The translations under genes were made by a program, and so were the position numbers. Positions 9,196 through 17,896 of a stretch of 32,000 nt of DNA are shown here, in pieces. Positions within the stretch are counted from its first letter, which is position 1, and every line of letters begins with the position of its first letter. The DNA is from Alkalicoccus daliensis (lineage in GTDB: Bacteria; Bacillota; Bacilli; Bacillales; Salisediminibacteriaceae): the NCBI RefSeq assembly GCF_900103955.1, contig NZ_FNIL01000014.1:1-32000 (forward strand), written 5' to 3'. The notes under the pieces were generated by a model that was not told the DNA's origin, ran no database searches, and saw nothing but the letters and a program-made list of their open reading frames with translations.

Positions 9196-9321
9196 TTAAT
9201 CGTCGTATTTATCAATTTCCGTTTGTTCTTCGACAGGATAAACAGTCTGCTGCAGTTCGTTGCAGCCGCTAAGTGCAAGGACTGCAAAAAGGCTGGTAAT
9301 CAGGGGAATAAGTTTTTTCAT
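9196..9321 (-). CDS. Very small (41 aa) predicted lipoprotein
   Basis: MKKLIPLITSLFAVLALSGCNELQQTVYPVEEQTEIDKYDD; lipobox LSGC; GAAGGAGG RBS. The longer 9196..9492 ORF is an upstream extension. Confidence 0.7.
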   Translation of the reverse strand: MKKLIPLITSLFAVLALSGCNELQQTVYPVEEQTEIDKYDD

Positions 9322-9450
9322 GGGAGTGCCTCCTTCAAAGTGCGTGTCTTCTCCTAATTCCACGTGGAAAAACTTGTGAAACTTACAATTCTTAAAATAA
9401 GCATTCATGAAAGAAACTGAGTCTTTTATCATGGAACAGGAGGGTGCGGT

Positions 9451-11136
9451 ATGCAGAAACTTATGGAAGCAGTAAGGGCGGGACTGAATCACAATTCGGT
9501 AGAGATTCCACAGACAGATTATTCGCGTACATATTTCGACAAAGAGGAACAGGCGACTGTTTTTCTTTCTTTTTCAGAAAACGGTGCAAGAGCACGGGTG
9601 CTGCAGGGAAGAGGAGGCAGCCTCGAAGCAGCAGTGCAAGATGCAGTAAAAAAAGGAGAGGGCGTTACGGCAGATGCGGTAAAGCTGGACATTCTGACCG
9701 GGATACAGCCGGTAAATAAAGATACAAGCTGGATCAATATAAATAGACATGCACTTACTTATAAGCGCAGGGAAGACGGGCTCATGTTCGGTGACAGAAT
9801 CAGTCCGCTTATGTTTCTGCCGGAAGAAGTGGAAGCTTACGGGATGATCCGTGGCGGGAAGCTGCAGCAGGAGCATATTTTCCGTGCCTTTGATAAACAT
9901 CAGCTGCTTACGGAAGATCGTCTTTCCAAAGAAATCATTACTGAAGAATGGCACGACGTTTATAAATTCCGCACGCATTCTTTTTACATAGATGACGACG
10001 GTTACCGGGAGCTTTTCCGGGGACACCGTGTGTTCAATGAACTTCAGGCCGGAGATTTAAAAGAAGCTGTGAAGCTTTCGAGGGACAATTATTTTACGCA
10101 GGCAGTAAATGCCCAGGGGAAGTTCGTGTATTCCTTTCAGCCGCAGGATAACCAGGTTCCGAAAGGCTACAACATTCTCCGTCATGCAGGAACAGCCTAT
10201 TCCATGCTTGAAATACAGGAATTTTTTCCGGAAGAACAGCTGCAGCGCACGATTGAAAAAACGATCCGTTACCTGCTGAAGAAAGTGAAGCGGATAGAAG
10301 TGAACGGTACCGATGCGCAGGTTATCGTGGAAAACGATAATATTAAGCTCGGCGGCAACGGTCTGGGAATTATTGCGCTCGCGCAGTATACGAAGGTGAC
10401 AGGAGACAGACAGTATATTCCTCTTATGCGGGATATGGCGAAATGGATGCTCACGATTCAAGATGAGACGGGAAAGTTTTCCGTGCACAAACAGATTTAC
10501 TCCTCCAAGGAACATACGGATTTTGTTTCTCATTATTATTCAGGAGAAGCAATTCTTTCGCTTGTACGTCTTTATCAGGTAGATCCGGATGAAGCATGGC
10601 TCGACGCGGCAGAAGGAGAAGCAAATTATTTAATTCATCGCCGGGACAGCAAGGAGACGAAAAAAACAATTACACACGATCACTGGCTTCTTTACGCCTT
10701 AAATGAACTGCATCAGGAACGGCCGAAAGAAGATTACGCCGCGCATTCTTATTTTATTGCAGAAGCTATTATGGACACCCAGCGGCTGGATCAGCATGAA
10801 GTCGACAGAGAATGGGTGGGGTCCTATGAAATGAAAGGCATTCCCCGTTCGACACCGACTGCCTGCCGCACGGAAGGATTGGGCGCTGTCTACCGGCTGG
10901 CGCAGCGCCAGGAGAAAAAAGACATGGCAGAGAGATGCAGACATGCGATGGCAGAGGCTGTGAAATTCCAGCTGCAGATGCAGTTTCAGCCGGAAAGTGT
11001 ATTATATCTGGACCATAAAAAACTGTGCCTCGGTGCACTGCATGAAAGCTTAACAAGCTATGAAATCCGTAATGATTACACGCAGCACAACATTTCCAGT
11101 TTTTTATCACTTTATAAGATTCTGCTCGAAAAATAA
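9451..11136 (+). CDS. Large conserved-looking hypothetical protein; possible six-hairpin (alpha/alpha) enzyme fold
   Basis: 561 aa, RBS 'aggagg' upstream. Repeated helical blocks 'LGGNGLGIIALAQYTKVTGDRQYIPLMRDMAKWMLTIQ', 'SHYYSGEAILSLVRLYQVDPDEAWLDAAEGEANYLI', 'TEGLGAVYRLAQRQEK' typical of six-hairpin proteins. Confidence 0.6.
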   Translation: MQKLMEAVRAGLNHNSVEIPQTDYSRTYFDKEEQATVFLSFSENGARARVLQGRGGSLEAAVQDAVKKGEGVTADAVKLDILTGIQPVNKDTSWININRHALTYKRREDGLMFGDRISPLMFLPEEVEAYGMIRGGKLQQEHIFRAFDKHQLLTEDRLSKEIITEEWHDVYKFRTHSFYIDDDGYRELFRGHRVFNELQAGDLKEAVKLSRDNYFTQAVNAQGKFVYSFQPQDNQVPKGYNILRHAGTAYSMLEIQEFFPEEQLQRTIEKTIRYLLKKVKRIEVNGTDAQVIVENDNIKLGGNGLGIIALAQYTKVTGDRQYIPLMRDMAKWMLTIQDETGKFSVHKQIYSSKEHTDFVSHYYSGEAILSLVRLYQVDPDEAWLDAAEGEANYLIHRRDSKETKKTITHDHWLLYALNELHQERPKEDYAAHSYFIAEAIMDTQRLDQHEVDREWVGSYEMKGIPRSTPTACRTEGLGAVYRLAQRQEKKDMAERCRHAMAEAVKFQLQMQFQPESVLYLDHKKLCLGALHESLTSYEIRNDYTQHNISSFLSLYKILLEK

Positions 11137-11171
11137 ATTTTTGCGCGCTACTTTATATAAAGCAGGTGAGG

Positions 11172-12188
11172 ATGATGAAGAAAAAAGTGAGGCTCGCACT
11201 GCTGGGCGGCTGGCATGTGCATACGGAAGGATTTATTGAAAAACTGGACGCTTTTTCCAAGGATAAAGTGGAATGGAAAGCAGTCTGGGATCACGATCAG
11301 GCAAGGGGAGAGAGGTTTGCAGAAAAACTCCAGGTTCCTTTTGTTCCAAAACTGGAAGACATCCTGGAAGATACATCGGTGGATGCAGTAATGATAGAAG
11401 CAGAAACGAACCTTCACCACGAATTAATTACGATGGCAGCGCGTGCAGGCAAACATATATTTACAGATAAACTTCTCGCACCGACGATGGAAGAAGCGGA
11501 AGATATTCGCTGGACAGTGAGGAAGGAAGGGGTTAAATTCGTGATCTCCCACGAGTCCCTTACTATCCGCGCGTATCAGTATGCAAAGGAAGAAGTGGAG
11601 AAGGGGAACCTCGGCGAACTTGTATCCATCTACTTCCGCCGGTCCCACGGCCTTGCGAAAACGGATGTTCTTCCTGCCAGCTGGTACGAACCCGAAACTG
11701 CGGGAGGCGGAGCGCTGATGGATCTCGGTGTACATGGGCTGTCTCTACTTGCCTATATCGGCAGTGCACCGGAAACTATCAGTGCTGTTACAAGGTACAT
11801 CTCTGGAAAGCAAGTGGAAGACAGTGCCAGCATCCAGGTCACATTCCAAGATAAGCAGACGATAGGACAGGCGCATACGAATTTAGTAACAGCACCGCTT
11901 GATAATCTGTTGGAAATCACGGGCACTGAAGGCAGCCTGCTGATCTATGGGGAAAAGGAGCCGCTCATCTATCAATCTTCCGGGCAGGACAAACCGTCCC
12001 GGGTAGATGTGCAAGAGACAGGCGAGGTCCCTGTAAATAAGTTCATTGATTTGGTGCTGGGAGAAGAAAATCAAACCGAGCTGACAGGGAGCGGACTGGA
12101 ACTGGACACTGCAGTGACCATTGTGCAAATGGCAGAAGGAGCCTATAAGAGTGTGAAGCAGCAAGGGAAGCCGGTTGTATTAAAATAG
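11172..12188 (+). CDS. Gfo/Idh/MocA family NAD(P)-dependent oxidoreductase
   Basis: N-terminal 'VRLALLGGWHVHTEG', 'AVMIEAETNLHHELITMAARAGKHIFTDKLLAPTMEEA' (usually EKP), 'GGGALMDLGVHGLSLLAYI'. Confidence 0.85.
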   Translation: MMKKKVRLALLGGWHVHTEGFIEKLDAFSKDKVEWKAVWDHDQARGERFAEKLQVPFVPKLEDILEDTSVDAVMIEAETNLHHELITMAARAGKHIFTDKLLAPTMEEAEDIRWTVRKEGVKFVISHESLTIRAYQYAKEEVEKGNLGELVSIYFRRSHGLAKTDVLPASWYEPETAGGGALMDLGVHGLSLLAYIGSAPETISAVTRYISGKQVEDSASIQVTFQDKQTIGQAHTNLVTAPLDNLLEITGTEGSLLIYGEKEPLIYQSSGQDKPSRVDVQETGEVPVNKFIDLVLGEENQTELTGSGLELDTAVTIVQMAEGAYKSVKQQGKPVVLK

Positions 12189-12245
12189 AGGCTGGAGGCA
12201 GACTCTATGCTTGCGCAGCCGGGACAGTGCGGGGGATTTGAAAAA

Positions 12246-12416
12246 ATGAATTCCACCGCTGGAAAAATGAATTCCTTCAAAATTCCCTTCTTAAAAATGA
12301 GTAACCCCCACTTACGCGTGAGTAAATGGTCTGCGCGAGAGTTAACCCCGAAGAAAAATGAGTAAACCTCTATTACGTATGAGAAAATGGTCTCTAAAAA
12401 AGAGTAAAAGCCATTT
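12246..12416. repeat. Short tandem array of GAGTAAA-cored 21-nt units in the oxidoreductase-clpE intergenic region
   Basis: ATGAATTCC at 12246 and 12267 (21 apart); GAGTAA-type cores at 12299, 12320, 12339, 12360, 12381 and 12402 (spacings 21, 19, 21, 21, 21). Confidence 0.8.
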
Positions 12417-12469
12417 TTTTCCCGCACGGCCCGTCTGTGCCGCAGTTTCACTCTGTGAAATAAATATAT

Positions 12470-12502
12470 AAAGCCGCACGCCTGAAATCGGCGTGCGGCT
12501 TT
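12470..12502. terminator. Intrinsic terminator downstream of clpE (possibly bidirectional)
   Basis: AAAGCCGCACGCC tgaaatc GGCGTGCGGCTTT. Confidence 0.85.
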
Positions 12503-12512
12503 AGAAAACAGC

Positions 12513-14633
12513 TTAAGACCGCTGTTTTAATTGAATTTCCTCTTTTTCCACAACTACTTCCACTTCACCGAGCACTTCCTGATCCAGGATCAGCTCGGTA
12601 ATTTTATCTTCCAGTTCATGCTGAATCGCGCGGCGGAGCGGCCGTGCTCCGAACTCTTTATGGTAGCCGAGTTCTGCAATCTTTTCTTTTGCTTCTTCAG
12701 AAATATGAATCGTAATTTCCTGCTCCGTCAGTGTTTCCTGAAGTTCTTCAAGCATGAGATCCACAATTTTCACAAGATGTGTTTTGTCGAGGTGGTTGAA
12801 TTCAATAATCGCATCAAATCGGTTAAGAAATTCCGGCTTAAAATAGCTCGACAGATTTTCAAGCATGGATTCTTCCTTTAATGACTCGCTCTCGCTGAAT
12901 CCGATGGAGCGTTGTTTTGCAGCACCGCTGCCAGCGTTGCTTGTCATAATAATCACTGTATCTTTAAAGCTTACAGTGCGTCCCTGGCTGTCTGTTAAGC
13001 GGCCGTCCTCCATAATCTGCAGGAACATATGCTGCACATCAGGATGTGCTTTTTCAATTTCATCGAGCAGAATAATGGAGTATGGGTTCCGGCGCACTTT
13101 TTCGGTCAGCTGGCCGGCTTCTTCATGCCCGACATACCCTGGAGGGGAACCGATCAGCTTGGATACCGCGTGCTTTTCCATATATTCACTCATGTCGAGC
13201 CGGTGCATCGCCTCGCTCGAGCCGAACATTTCTTTTGCCAGTGTTTTACTAAGCTCTGTTTTTCCGACACCGGTAGGCCCGACAAACAGGAAGGAACCAA
13301 TCGGACGGTGCTTTGGCTTCAGCCCGGCGCGGGAGCGGCGGACCGCTTTTGCTACCTTCTGCACCGCTTCTTCCTGGCCGATTACACTGCCGGAAATATG
13401 CTCTGCGAGACGCTTCATTTTCGAAGCTTCGTTGTCCTGCAGCTTGCCGACAGGGATTCCCGTCATTTTCTCGACAATTTTTTGGATATTCTCTGCTTCA
13501 ATCGTTTTCTTTTCTGCAGAGTGTTCCTGCTCCAGTTTTTTCTCCAGCGCTTCTTCTTCGTCACGAAGCTTTGCAGCTGTTTCATAATCTTCTTTTTGGA
13601 GCACTTCTTCTTTCTGTTTTGCGATACGCGCAAGTCTTTCTTCTACTTCTTTATGGGAAGTATCTCCGGACTCCAGGTTCATTTTTGCCCCTGCTTCATC
13701 CATCAGGTCGATTGCTTTATCCGGAAGAAAACGATCCTGGATGTAACGGTGGGAAAGTGTAACGCAGGCCTGCAGCGCTTCTTCACTGTAAGTTACTTCA
13801 TGATAATCTTCATACTTACTCTGCAGTCCTTTTAAAATTTCCATTGCTTCTTCCAAGGCAGGTTCATTGACCATTACCGGCTGAAAACGGCGCTCCAGCG
13901 CACCATCTTTTTCAATATTACGGTATTCTTTCAGCGTGGTCGCACCGATGACCTGCAGCTCTCCTCTTGCAAGCGCCGGTTTAAGAATGTTTCCGGCATC
14001 CATGGAACCTTCTGTTTTTCCTGCGCCTACAATCTGATGGATTTCATCAATAAACAGCAGCACATTTTTGCGTTCTTTCAATTCCGCAGTAAGCTGTTTT
14101 AATTTTTCTTCAAATTGTCCCCGCACCCCAGTATTTGCTACGAGAGATGCTACATCAAGAAGATAGATTTCTTTATTCAGCAGTTTTGAAGGAACGTCTC
14201 CTTTACTGATTTTTAAAGCGAGTCCTTCTGCGATTGCAGTTTTTCCCACGCCGGGTTCCCCGATCAGCACCGGGTTATTTTTAGTGCGGCGGTTTAAAAT
14301 TTCTGTAACTCTTTTCACTTCCTGATCGCGTCCGATCACAGGATCAATTAACCCGGCGTTTGCAGCGTTAGAAAGGTTGCTGGCAAGTTCATCAAGCAGG
14401 CTTTGACTTTTCTGAGACTGGCCGGGCTGTGCAGCTTCACTGTCTGAAGATCCGCCGAATTGGTTCATCATATTTTCTTTAAAGACACCAGCTGGATTTC
14501 CTGCATGATTTTTTGCAGCAGACTGGAGCTCTTCAAAACAGCTCTTACAAAGTTTTACGTGCTGCGCTTGTTGATTATATTGTAAACGTACATTGATCGA
14601 TGCTTCTCTAATATTACAATTTTGACATTTCAT
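12513..14633 (-). CDS. clpE: ATP-dependent Clp protease ATP-binding subunit ClpE
   Basis: 706 aa; N-terminal zinc-finger '[17 protein letters not shown]...KLCKSC', two AAA+ modules ([18 protein letters not shown]), UVR-like '[18 protein letters not shown]'. Confidence 0.95.
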   Translation of the reverse strand: MKCQNCNIREASINVRLQYNQQAQHVKLCKSCFEELQSAAKNHAGNPAGVFKENMMNQFGGSSDSEAAQPGQSQKSQSLLDELASNLSNAANAGLIDPVIGRDQEVKRVTEILNRRTKNNPVLIGEPGVGKTAIAEGLALKISKGDVPSKLLNKEIYLLDVASLVANTGVRGQFEEKLKQLTAELKERKNVLLFIDEIHQIVGAGKTEGSMDAGNILKPALARGELQVIGATTLKEYRNIEKDGALERRFQPVMVNEPALEEAMEILKGLQSKYEDYHEVTYSEEALQACVTLSHRYIQDRFLPDKAIDLMDEAGAKMNLESGDTSHKEVEERLARIAKQKEEVLQKEDYETAAKLRDEEEALEKKLEQEHSAEKKTIEAENIQKIVEKMTGIPVGKLQDNEASKMKRLAEHISGSVIGQEEAVQKVAKAVRRSRAGLKPKHRPIGSFLFVGPTGVGKTELSKTLAKEMFGSSEAMHRLDMSEYMEKHAVSKLIGSPPGYVGHEEAGQLTEKVRRNPYSIILLDEIEKAHPDVQHMFLQIMEDGRLTDSQGRTVSFKDTVIIMTSNAGSGAAKQRSIGFSESESLKEESMLENLSSYFKPEFLNRFDAIIEFNHLDKTHLVKIVDLMLEELQETLTEQEITIHISEEAKEKIAELGYHKEFGARPLRRAIQHELEDKITELILDQEVLGEVEVVVEKEEIQLKQRS

Positions 14634-14674
14634 ATAAAATAACCTCCTAAGGAAATAAAGTTAGAAAGCGGATA

Positions 14675-14717
14675 TTTGACTATCTTTGACTATAGTATAG
14701 TTTGACCTTTACTGACT
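14675..14717 (-). promoter_or_regulatory. CtsR operator(s) upstream of clpE
   Basis: Minus strand of 14675-14691 reads AGTCAAAGATAGTCAAA, an exact match to the CtsR heptad repeat RGTCAAANANRGTCAAA; a second partial copy TTTGACCTTTACTGACT at 14701-14717. Confidence 0.88.
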
Positions 14718-14763
14718 TTCAAGAATTATGCTCACAGGTTTAATGTATACGGCTGCAATTAAA

Positions 14764-14803
14764 AAAAGATGTCTCCGCCTCCGTGGCAGAAAACATCTTT
14801 TTT
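14764..14803 (-). terminator. Terminator-like hairpin downstream of lipoprotein 14810..15013
   Basis: AAAAAGATGT ... ACATCTTTTTT on either side of a GC-rich loop. Confidence 0.6.
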
Positions 14804-14809
14804 AAGCAG

Positions 14810-15013
14810 TTACGTGTTGTTACTTTCGTTACTCGTACCTTCTTCATTTCCGGTGTCATGTTCCATTTCGTTTCCGGTATCAGTACTGTTGATTCCGTTG
14901 TTTTCATTGAATCCATTTTCCGGAGCGTTGTTATTATCTGTTCCGCCGCAGCCTGCGAGCAGTGCTCCCGCAAGAAAAGTTGCTGCAGCAGTTAATTGAA
15001 GTGATTTTTTCAT
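14810..15013 (-). CDS. Small acidic/Asn-rich lipoprotein (paralog 1)
   Basis: MKKSLQLTAAATFLAGALLAGCGGTDNNNAPENGFNENNGINSTDTGNEMEHDTGNEEGTSNESNNT; lipobox LAGC; RBS 'aggagg' upstream. Confidence 0.8.
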   Translation of the reverse strand: MKKSLQLTAAATFLAGALLAGCGGTDNNNAPENGFNENNGINSTDTGNEMEHDTGNEEGTSNESNNT

Positions 15014-15148
15014 TTTGGTATTCCTCCTATTATCCTTCGTTTATCTTCTCATTCACGGTTACAAAAAAATTGAAACATATTTTCCAGGATTCATATAATT
15101 TCACACACGAAAACCAATGTTACCATGATGCTTCAGACGAAAAAGTAT

Positions 15149-15253
15149 GAAGCATAGAGGAATTTCTATTACTGCTTCACTCCCGGCAAAGTCTTTCTCG
15201 AAGGTATGCTCTCTATTAATTTAATCAAAGCGGTGCACGGCTTCCATCAATCT
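15149..15253. repeat. Intergenic dispersed element, copy B
   Basis: TGAAGCA...TGCTTCA inverted repeat, TACTGCTTCACT at 15170 and GCACGGCTTCCATC at 15235; parallels 7677-7765. Confidence 0.5.
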
Positions 15254-15273
15254 GCAGGAGCAAACATAAACAA

Positions 15274-15299
15274 GGAATTCTCTTTCGAAAGAGAATTCC
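15274..15299. terminator. Perfect 26-bp palindrome downstream of lipoprotein paralog 2
   Basis: GGAATTCTCTTTCGAAAGAGAATTCC. Confidence 0.6.
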
Positions 15300-15310
15300 C
15301 AGAAACCAGC

Positions 15311-15514
15311 TTACATATTGTTCTCGTTCTCTCCGACAGGTTCACCATTATCATCCAGCATCGTATTGCCGTCTGCATCGTTATCAATCAATTGTTCTTC
15401 TTCATTCACTTCATTGTTATCATCAATACCTTCATTTGCATTATTACCGCAGCCGGCAAGAATACCAGCAGATAACAAAGTGAATACTGCAGAAATTTGT
15501 AAAGACTTTTTCAT
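15311..15514 (-). CDS. Small acidic lipoprotein (paralog 2)
   Basis: MKKSLQISAVFTLLSAGILAGCGNNANEGIDDNNEVNEEEQLIDNDADGNTMLDDNGEPVGENENNM. Confidence 0.8.
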   Translation of the reverse strand: MKKSLQISAVFTLLSAGILAGCGNNANEGIDDNNEVNEEEQLIDNDADGNTMLDDNGEPVGENENNM

Positions 15515-15607
15515 TTATAATTTCCTCCTTCAAAAATACTCTTCTTATAAAAAGACTATTACACGATTCTTGCTTTTTAAAACGTTGTTTTCCAGGAGAA
15601 ATAATAT

Positions 15608-15634
15608 AAAAAGGCTCCCGGAAGTCCGGGAGCC
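15608..15634 (-). terminator. Intrinsic terminator downstream of the poly-Asp lipoprotein
   Basis: Minus strand: GGCTCCCGG actt CCGGGAGCC TTTTT. Confidence 0.88.
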
Positions 15635-15645
15635 CGCTTTAAAAA

Positions 15646-16032
15646 TTAAAGGTCGTCGTCATCGTCGTCATCGTTCATCATGCCATCATCATCGTCTTCG
15701 TCATCGTTCATCATGCCATCATCATCGTCGTCGTCATCGTCATTCATCATTGCGTCATCATCATCATCGTCGTCGTTCATCATAGCATCGTCATCGTCGT
15801 CATCGTCATTCATCATTGCGTCATCATCATCGTCATCGTCGTTCATCATTGCGTCATCGTCATCATCGTCATCGTCATCGTTCATCATACCGTTATCTTC
15901 AGTATTGTTTACTGTGTTATCCGTTCCGGTATTCGTATTATTTACATCGTTATCTGCATCGTTACCGCAGCCTGCAAGCACCCCTGCTGCGAGTAGTCCT
16001 GAGATTGCTGAAATTTGTAATGATTTTTTCAT
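15646..16032 (-). CDS. Lipoprotein with MMN-Asp(n) tandem repeats (paralog 3)
   Basis: MKKSLQISAISGLLAAGVLAGCG... followed by seven MMND(7-9)[A/G/L] repeats; RBS 'aaggagg' upstream; own terminator. Confidence 0.85.
   Translation of the reverse strand: MKKSLQISAISGLLAAGVLAGCGNDADNDVNNTNTGTDNTVNNTEDNGMMNDDDDDDDDDAMMNDDDDDDDAMMNDDDDDDDAMMNDDDDDDDAMMNDDDDDDDDGMMNDDEDDDDGMMNDDDDDDDL
15649..15888 (-). repeat. Seven-unit in-frame tandem repeat encoding MMND7-9(A/G)
   Basis: Units: MMND9A, MMND7A x3, MMND8G, MMNDDEDDDDG, MMND7L; mostly 33-36 nt period. Confidence 0.9.
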
Positions 16033-16397
16033 TGTAATAATTCCTCCTTAATAATTGCTTTCATGTCTCTACTCCCTCTCATTACACTTAGCCGTAATGT
16101 TAAAACATTCTACACGACTTTTTGACACTTTTTCATATTGTGCACCTATTTCATAATGGATGCATAACAAATGTCTACATATTAATAGCAAAATTAAACG
16201 ACGAAAGATTATCTTTTGAAAGAATTAAAATAAGAAAAAATGTGTATTTACAAAAGCAGCTAATTCCTCCATAAACCAATTTGTAATAAACTATTAATTA
16301 GGAAAATAGAAAACACTCCCCTTAAAGCGCTTGTTCGTAGTATGATAAAGAGATACTAATGAACCGGAGTACGGTTGGAAAATGAGGGAAATAAATA

Positions 16398-17831
16398 ATG
16401 AAGAACGGATTTACGCAGTTTGGATTAAGTGAAGAAATCGTGGAGGCGCTTGACGGTTTGAAATATAAAGAACCTACAGAAGTGCAGGAACGTGTGATTC
16501 CTGAAGCGATGCAGCGAAAAGATGTAGTGGTGAAGGCACAGACAGGAAGCGGAAAAACTGCTGCATTTGCAGCTCCGATATGTGAACAGATAGTATGGGA
16601 AGAAAATAAGCCGCAGGCATTAATTTTAACCCCGACAAGGGAGCTTGCGATGCAGGTAAGGGAAGAAATTCAAAATATCGGCCGTTTTAAAAGAATTAAA
16701 GCCTCCCTGCTTGTAGGGCAGCAGCCTGCAGCGCCGCAGCGGGTGGAGCTGAAGCAGAAGGTACATGTAGTAGTCGGAACGCCAGGGCGGGTCCTTGATC
16801 ATTTGAAAAAAGGAACGCTTGCGCTGGATAAGGTGAAGCATCTGGTACTGGATGAAGCAGATGAAATGCTGAACATGGGATTTATTGATCAGGTGGAGGA
16901 AATTATCGGAGAAGTTCCGGAAGCACGGACGACTTCTTTATTTTCTGCAACGCTTCCGAGAAAGGTAAGAGACCTTGCTGACTTTTATATGCGTTCTCCT
17001 GAAACAATTGAAGTAAAAACAGCTGCACAGAAGCCGGACATTTCTTTCCGCTGGATTCAGGCAGATGAGGAAGAGAAGTTTAAAGTATTAACACAGCTTT
17101 TAGCCGTGGAACGACCGGAATCGGCAATTCTTTTCTGTGCGAGAAAAGAAACAGTGGACGATGTGGAACGCCGGTTAACGGATGAAGGGATTTCTGCAGC
17201 AAAGATTCACGGGGGACTGGAACAGAAAGACAGAACGCGTGTGATGCAGGAATTTAAGCGGGGGACTGTGCGATATCTCGTAGCGACTGATGTAGCAGCA
17301 CGAGGGATCGATGTTTCCGAGATGCCGCTCGTCGTCAATTACGATGTACCGGAAGAAGCAGATAAGTTTGTACACCGTACCGGAAGAACGGCGCGGGCAG
17401 GAAAAAGCGGGGAGGCTATTACGATAGCTGCACCGAGAGAAAAAAGATTTGTGGCGGAAATTGAACGCTATACAAATGAAACTGTAAACTGGGAAGAAGC
17501 ACCGCTTGTTACGACAGCAGATCAGCGTGCTTTTGATCAATTAATGGAAACAGTGCCGCAGATGAAAAAAAATAAAAGTGCGCCGCTCGAAAAAAATATT
17601 ACCAAGCTGTATTTCAATGGCGGCAAGAAAAAGAAGTTAAGAGCTGTGGATTTTGTAGGAACCATTACGAATATTCCTGAGGTAACAGCGGATGATATCG
17701 GTGTTATTTCTATCGAACAGCTGGCAACCTATGTGGATATTCTCAATGGAAAAGGATCGGTAGTTCTGCAGGAAATGCAGGAGCGAACGGTCAAAGGCAA
17801 GCGGTTAAAAGTAAGGGAAGCAAGAAATTAA
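16398..17831 (+). CDS. dbpA: DEAD-box ATP-dependent RNA helicase DbpA/YxiN-like
   Basis: Motifs AQTGSGKTAAF, PTRELAMQ, DEADEMLNMGF, SAT, HRTGRTARAG; C-terminal 'NITKLYFNGGKKKKLRAVDFVGTITNIPEVTADDIGVISIEQLATYVDILNGKG' DbpA RNA-binding domain. Confidence 0.92.
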   Translation: MKNGFTQFGLSEEIVEALDGLKYKEPTEVQERVIPEAMQRKDVVVKAQTGSGKTAAFAAPICEQIVWEENKPQALILTPTRELAMQVREEIQNIGRFKRIKASLLVGQQPAAPQRVELKQKVHVVVGTPGRVLDHLKKGTLALDKVKHLVLDEADEMLNMGFIDQVEEIIGEVPEARTTSLFSATLPRKVRDLADFYMRSPETIEVKTAAQKPDISFRWIQADEEEKFKVLTQLLAVERPESAILFCARKETVDDVERRLTDEGISAAKIHGGLEQKDRTRVMQEFKRGTVRYLVATDVAARGIDVSEMPLVVNYDVPEEADKFVHRTGRTARAGKSGEAITIAAPREKRFVAEIERYTNETVNWEEAPLVTTADQRAFDQLMETVPQMKKNKSAPLEKNITKLYFNGGKKKKLRAVDFVGTITNIPEVTADDIGVISIEQLATYVDILNGKGSVVLQEMQERTVKGKRLKVREARN

Positions 17832-17843
17832 AGCATCAGTGGA

Positions 17844-17882
17844 AAGAACCTCTGCTCTTATTTGAGAGAGGTTCTTTTTTTA
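17844..17882 (+). terminator. Intrinsic terminator
   Basis: AAGAACCTCT ... AGAGGTTCTTTTTTTT. Confidence 0.88.
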
Positions 17883-17896
17883 TAAGGTCGGGATTT

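Noticed and set aside
9196-9492. 98-aa minus ORF as the full gene
   Set aside because: Only the last 41 codons have a proper RBS and lipoprotein signal peptide; the upstream part overlaps the start of the 9451 gene.
12297-12365. Short plus-strand ORF MSNPHLRVSKWSARELTPKKNE within the GAGTAAA array
   Set aside because: 22 codons with no RBS; explained by the ATGAGTAA-containing repeat units.
12865-13835. Long plus-strand ORFs (240 and 268 aa) opposite clpE
   Set aside because: Antisense to a confidently identified clpE; low-complexity Ser/Phe composition typical of shadow ORFs.
15680-16051. Plus-strand 123-aa ORF 'MPSSSSSSSFIMPSSSS...'
   Set aside because: Antisense shadow of the MMN-Asp repeat lipoprotein; the sense strand has RBS, signal peptide, lipobox and terminator.
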